From Elusimicrobiota bacterium (GTDB taxonomy: Bacteria > CG03 > SLGR01 > JAGXOG01): a stretch of 17,618 nucleotides of DNA. Of the stretch, positions 16,741 through 17,618 are shown one piece after another. Position numbers and translations under genes: made by a program. Location: assembly GCA_051745145.1 (NCBI GenBank), contig JBNJDT010000029.1, positions 1 through 17,618 of the forward strand, read 5' to 3'. The notes beneath the pieces were generated by a model. The model had not been told where the DNA came from. It saw only the letters and a program-made list of their open reading frames with translations, and searched no databases. The first letter of the stretch is position 1. The number at the start of each line of letters is the position of its first letter.

Positions 16741-17103
16741 TTATTTATCCTGTGAGGCCTCTTCCAAAGATTCAAGACGATCTTCTATGTTTTTTAACTC
16801 CTGTTCCAGATATTCTTTTTGCTGTTCTAAAGCATCCTCTTCCTGAACCGGATACGTACCATAATTAACCGGTACTGACGGAGCGACTCCGCTCCAGGCT
16901 GTTTGAACCGGTGCGTACCATCCCCGGCGGCCGAAACCTCTTCCTCTGAATCCACCGCCTCGGTAACCTGCACCATATCCGTAATAGCCTCTTCCTCCTA
17001 CCGGATTCATATAACCTGGTACTGAATATCCGGCACAGTAACCTGCACCTCTTCCGGTCATAGGTCCGTATCCTGCCGGTCCTGTTCCATCTCCTAAGGG
17101 CAT
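16741..17103 (-). CDS. DUF5320 family protein
   Basis: MPLGDGTGPAGYGPMTGRGAGYCAG, G/R/Y-rich middle, acidic C-terminal coiled coil (LEQQKEYLEQELKNIEDRLESL); SD AAGGAGG. Confidence 0.9.
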   Translation of the reverse strand: MPLGDGTGPAGYGPMTGRGAGYCAGYSVPGYMNPVGGRGYYGYGAGYRGGGFRGRGFGRRGWYAPVQTAWSGVAPSVPVNYGTYPVQEEDALEQQKEYLEQELKNIEDRLESLEEASQDK

Positions 17104-17122
17104 TTTACTTACCTCCTTTCTT

Positions 17123-17563
17123 TTATAATTTTTCCCGACAACCTTTACATTTACCGTAAAATTTCAACTGATACGATCTTATTTTAAAATTATATTTTTT
17201 GCCTAATTTTTTGGCTATATCAATTATCAATTTTTTTTCACTCTCTTTAGATAGCGAATAATCTTTTATATTATTGCATCCGGTACAAATTAAATGATTG
17301 TGATGGACCCTTTCATCATCATCTAATTCATATTTTGTAATCCCGCTTTTCATATAATGCCGTTTAATTAATTTTTGATCCAGCAAAAAATTAAGATTAC
17401 GATAAATTGTTGATATACTTATACCGGTTTTTACTTCTCTTGCTTTTAAATAAGCTTCTTCAGCTGTTAAATGAGTTTTATTTTCTATAAAAATATCCAG
17501 CAAAATTCTCCTGGCCGGGGTCCATCTCCCTATTGAATTATGGGTTTCTTTTATATCATTCAT
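17123..17563 (-). CDS. fur: Fur-family transcriptional regulator
   Basis: T..R..IL, HLTAEE, ISTIYRNL HTH, HHNHLICTGC, FYGKCKGC. Confidence 0.92.
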   Translation of the reverse strand: MNDIKETHNSIGRWTPARRILLDIFIENKTHLTAEEAYLKAREVKTGISISTIYRNLNFLLDQKLIKRHYMKSGITKYELDDDERVHHNHLICTGCNNIKDYSLSKESEKKLIIDIAKKLGKKYNFKIRSYQLKFYGKCKGCREKL

Positions 17564-17584
17564 AACTTTAATCCTGTGTATTAT

Positions 17585-17605
17585 TGATAATGATACTCAT
17601 TATCA
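17585..17605. promoter_or_regulatory. Fur box
   Basis: GATAATGATACTCATTATC (17586-17604) is 18/19 identical to the classical GATAATGATAATCATTATC; perfect 9-3-9 inverted repeat TGATAATGA-TAC-TCATTATCA. Confidence 0.92.
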
Positions 17606-17618
17606 TTTAGTTTGTCAA
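17590..17618 (-). promoter_or_regulatory. Sigma70 promoter of fur and the downstream gene array
   Basis: TTGACA (17618-17613), 17-nt spacer, TATCAT (17595-17590); SD-like AGGA 8 nt before the fur ATG. Confidence 0.88.

Noticed and set aside
1..17618. CRISPR arrays, tRNA/rRNA genes, IS elements or integrases
   Set aside because: No spaced direct repeats, RNA gene signatures, transposase ORFs or terminal inverted repeats seen; intergenic gaps are all under about 120 nt.

Overview
AT-rich DNA from a probably anaerobic, diderm bacterium (it encodes a TonB-dependent receptor). About 25 genes lie head-to-tail on the minus strand. At the right edge, a near-consensus sigma70 promoter overlapped by an 18/19 Fur box drives a Fur-family regulator. 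Next comes a cluster resembling the 'orange protein' (ORP)/sulfur-induced Fe-S loci: DUF5320, three 2x[4Fe-4S] ferredoxins, a zinc ribbon, a fused tandem ferredoxin-containing MinD-type ATPase and a radical SAM protein. Interleaved are a Thermococcales-type HypA + Mrp-like ATPase (HypB-AT) pair, cofactor repair/supply genes (NnrE, MetH reactivation domain, MTH1187, PanD), two metallo-aminopeptidases, class I aldolase, TrmO, a methyltransferase and a putative metal permease. At the left end, a separate promoter with a ModE-box-like palindrome precedes a TonB-dependent receptor, a membrane protein and a THEP1/DUF2478-like NTPase: a candidate undescribed Mo/W(-cofactor) uptake module. Two genes have informative in-frame continuations past their stop codons. 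All family calls come from motif recognition by eye; no database searches were run.
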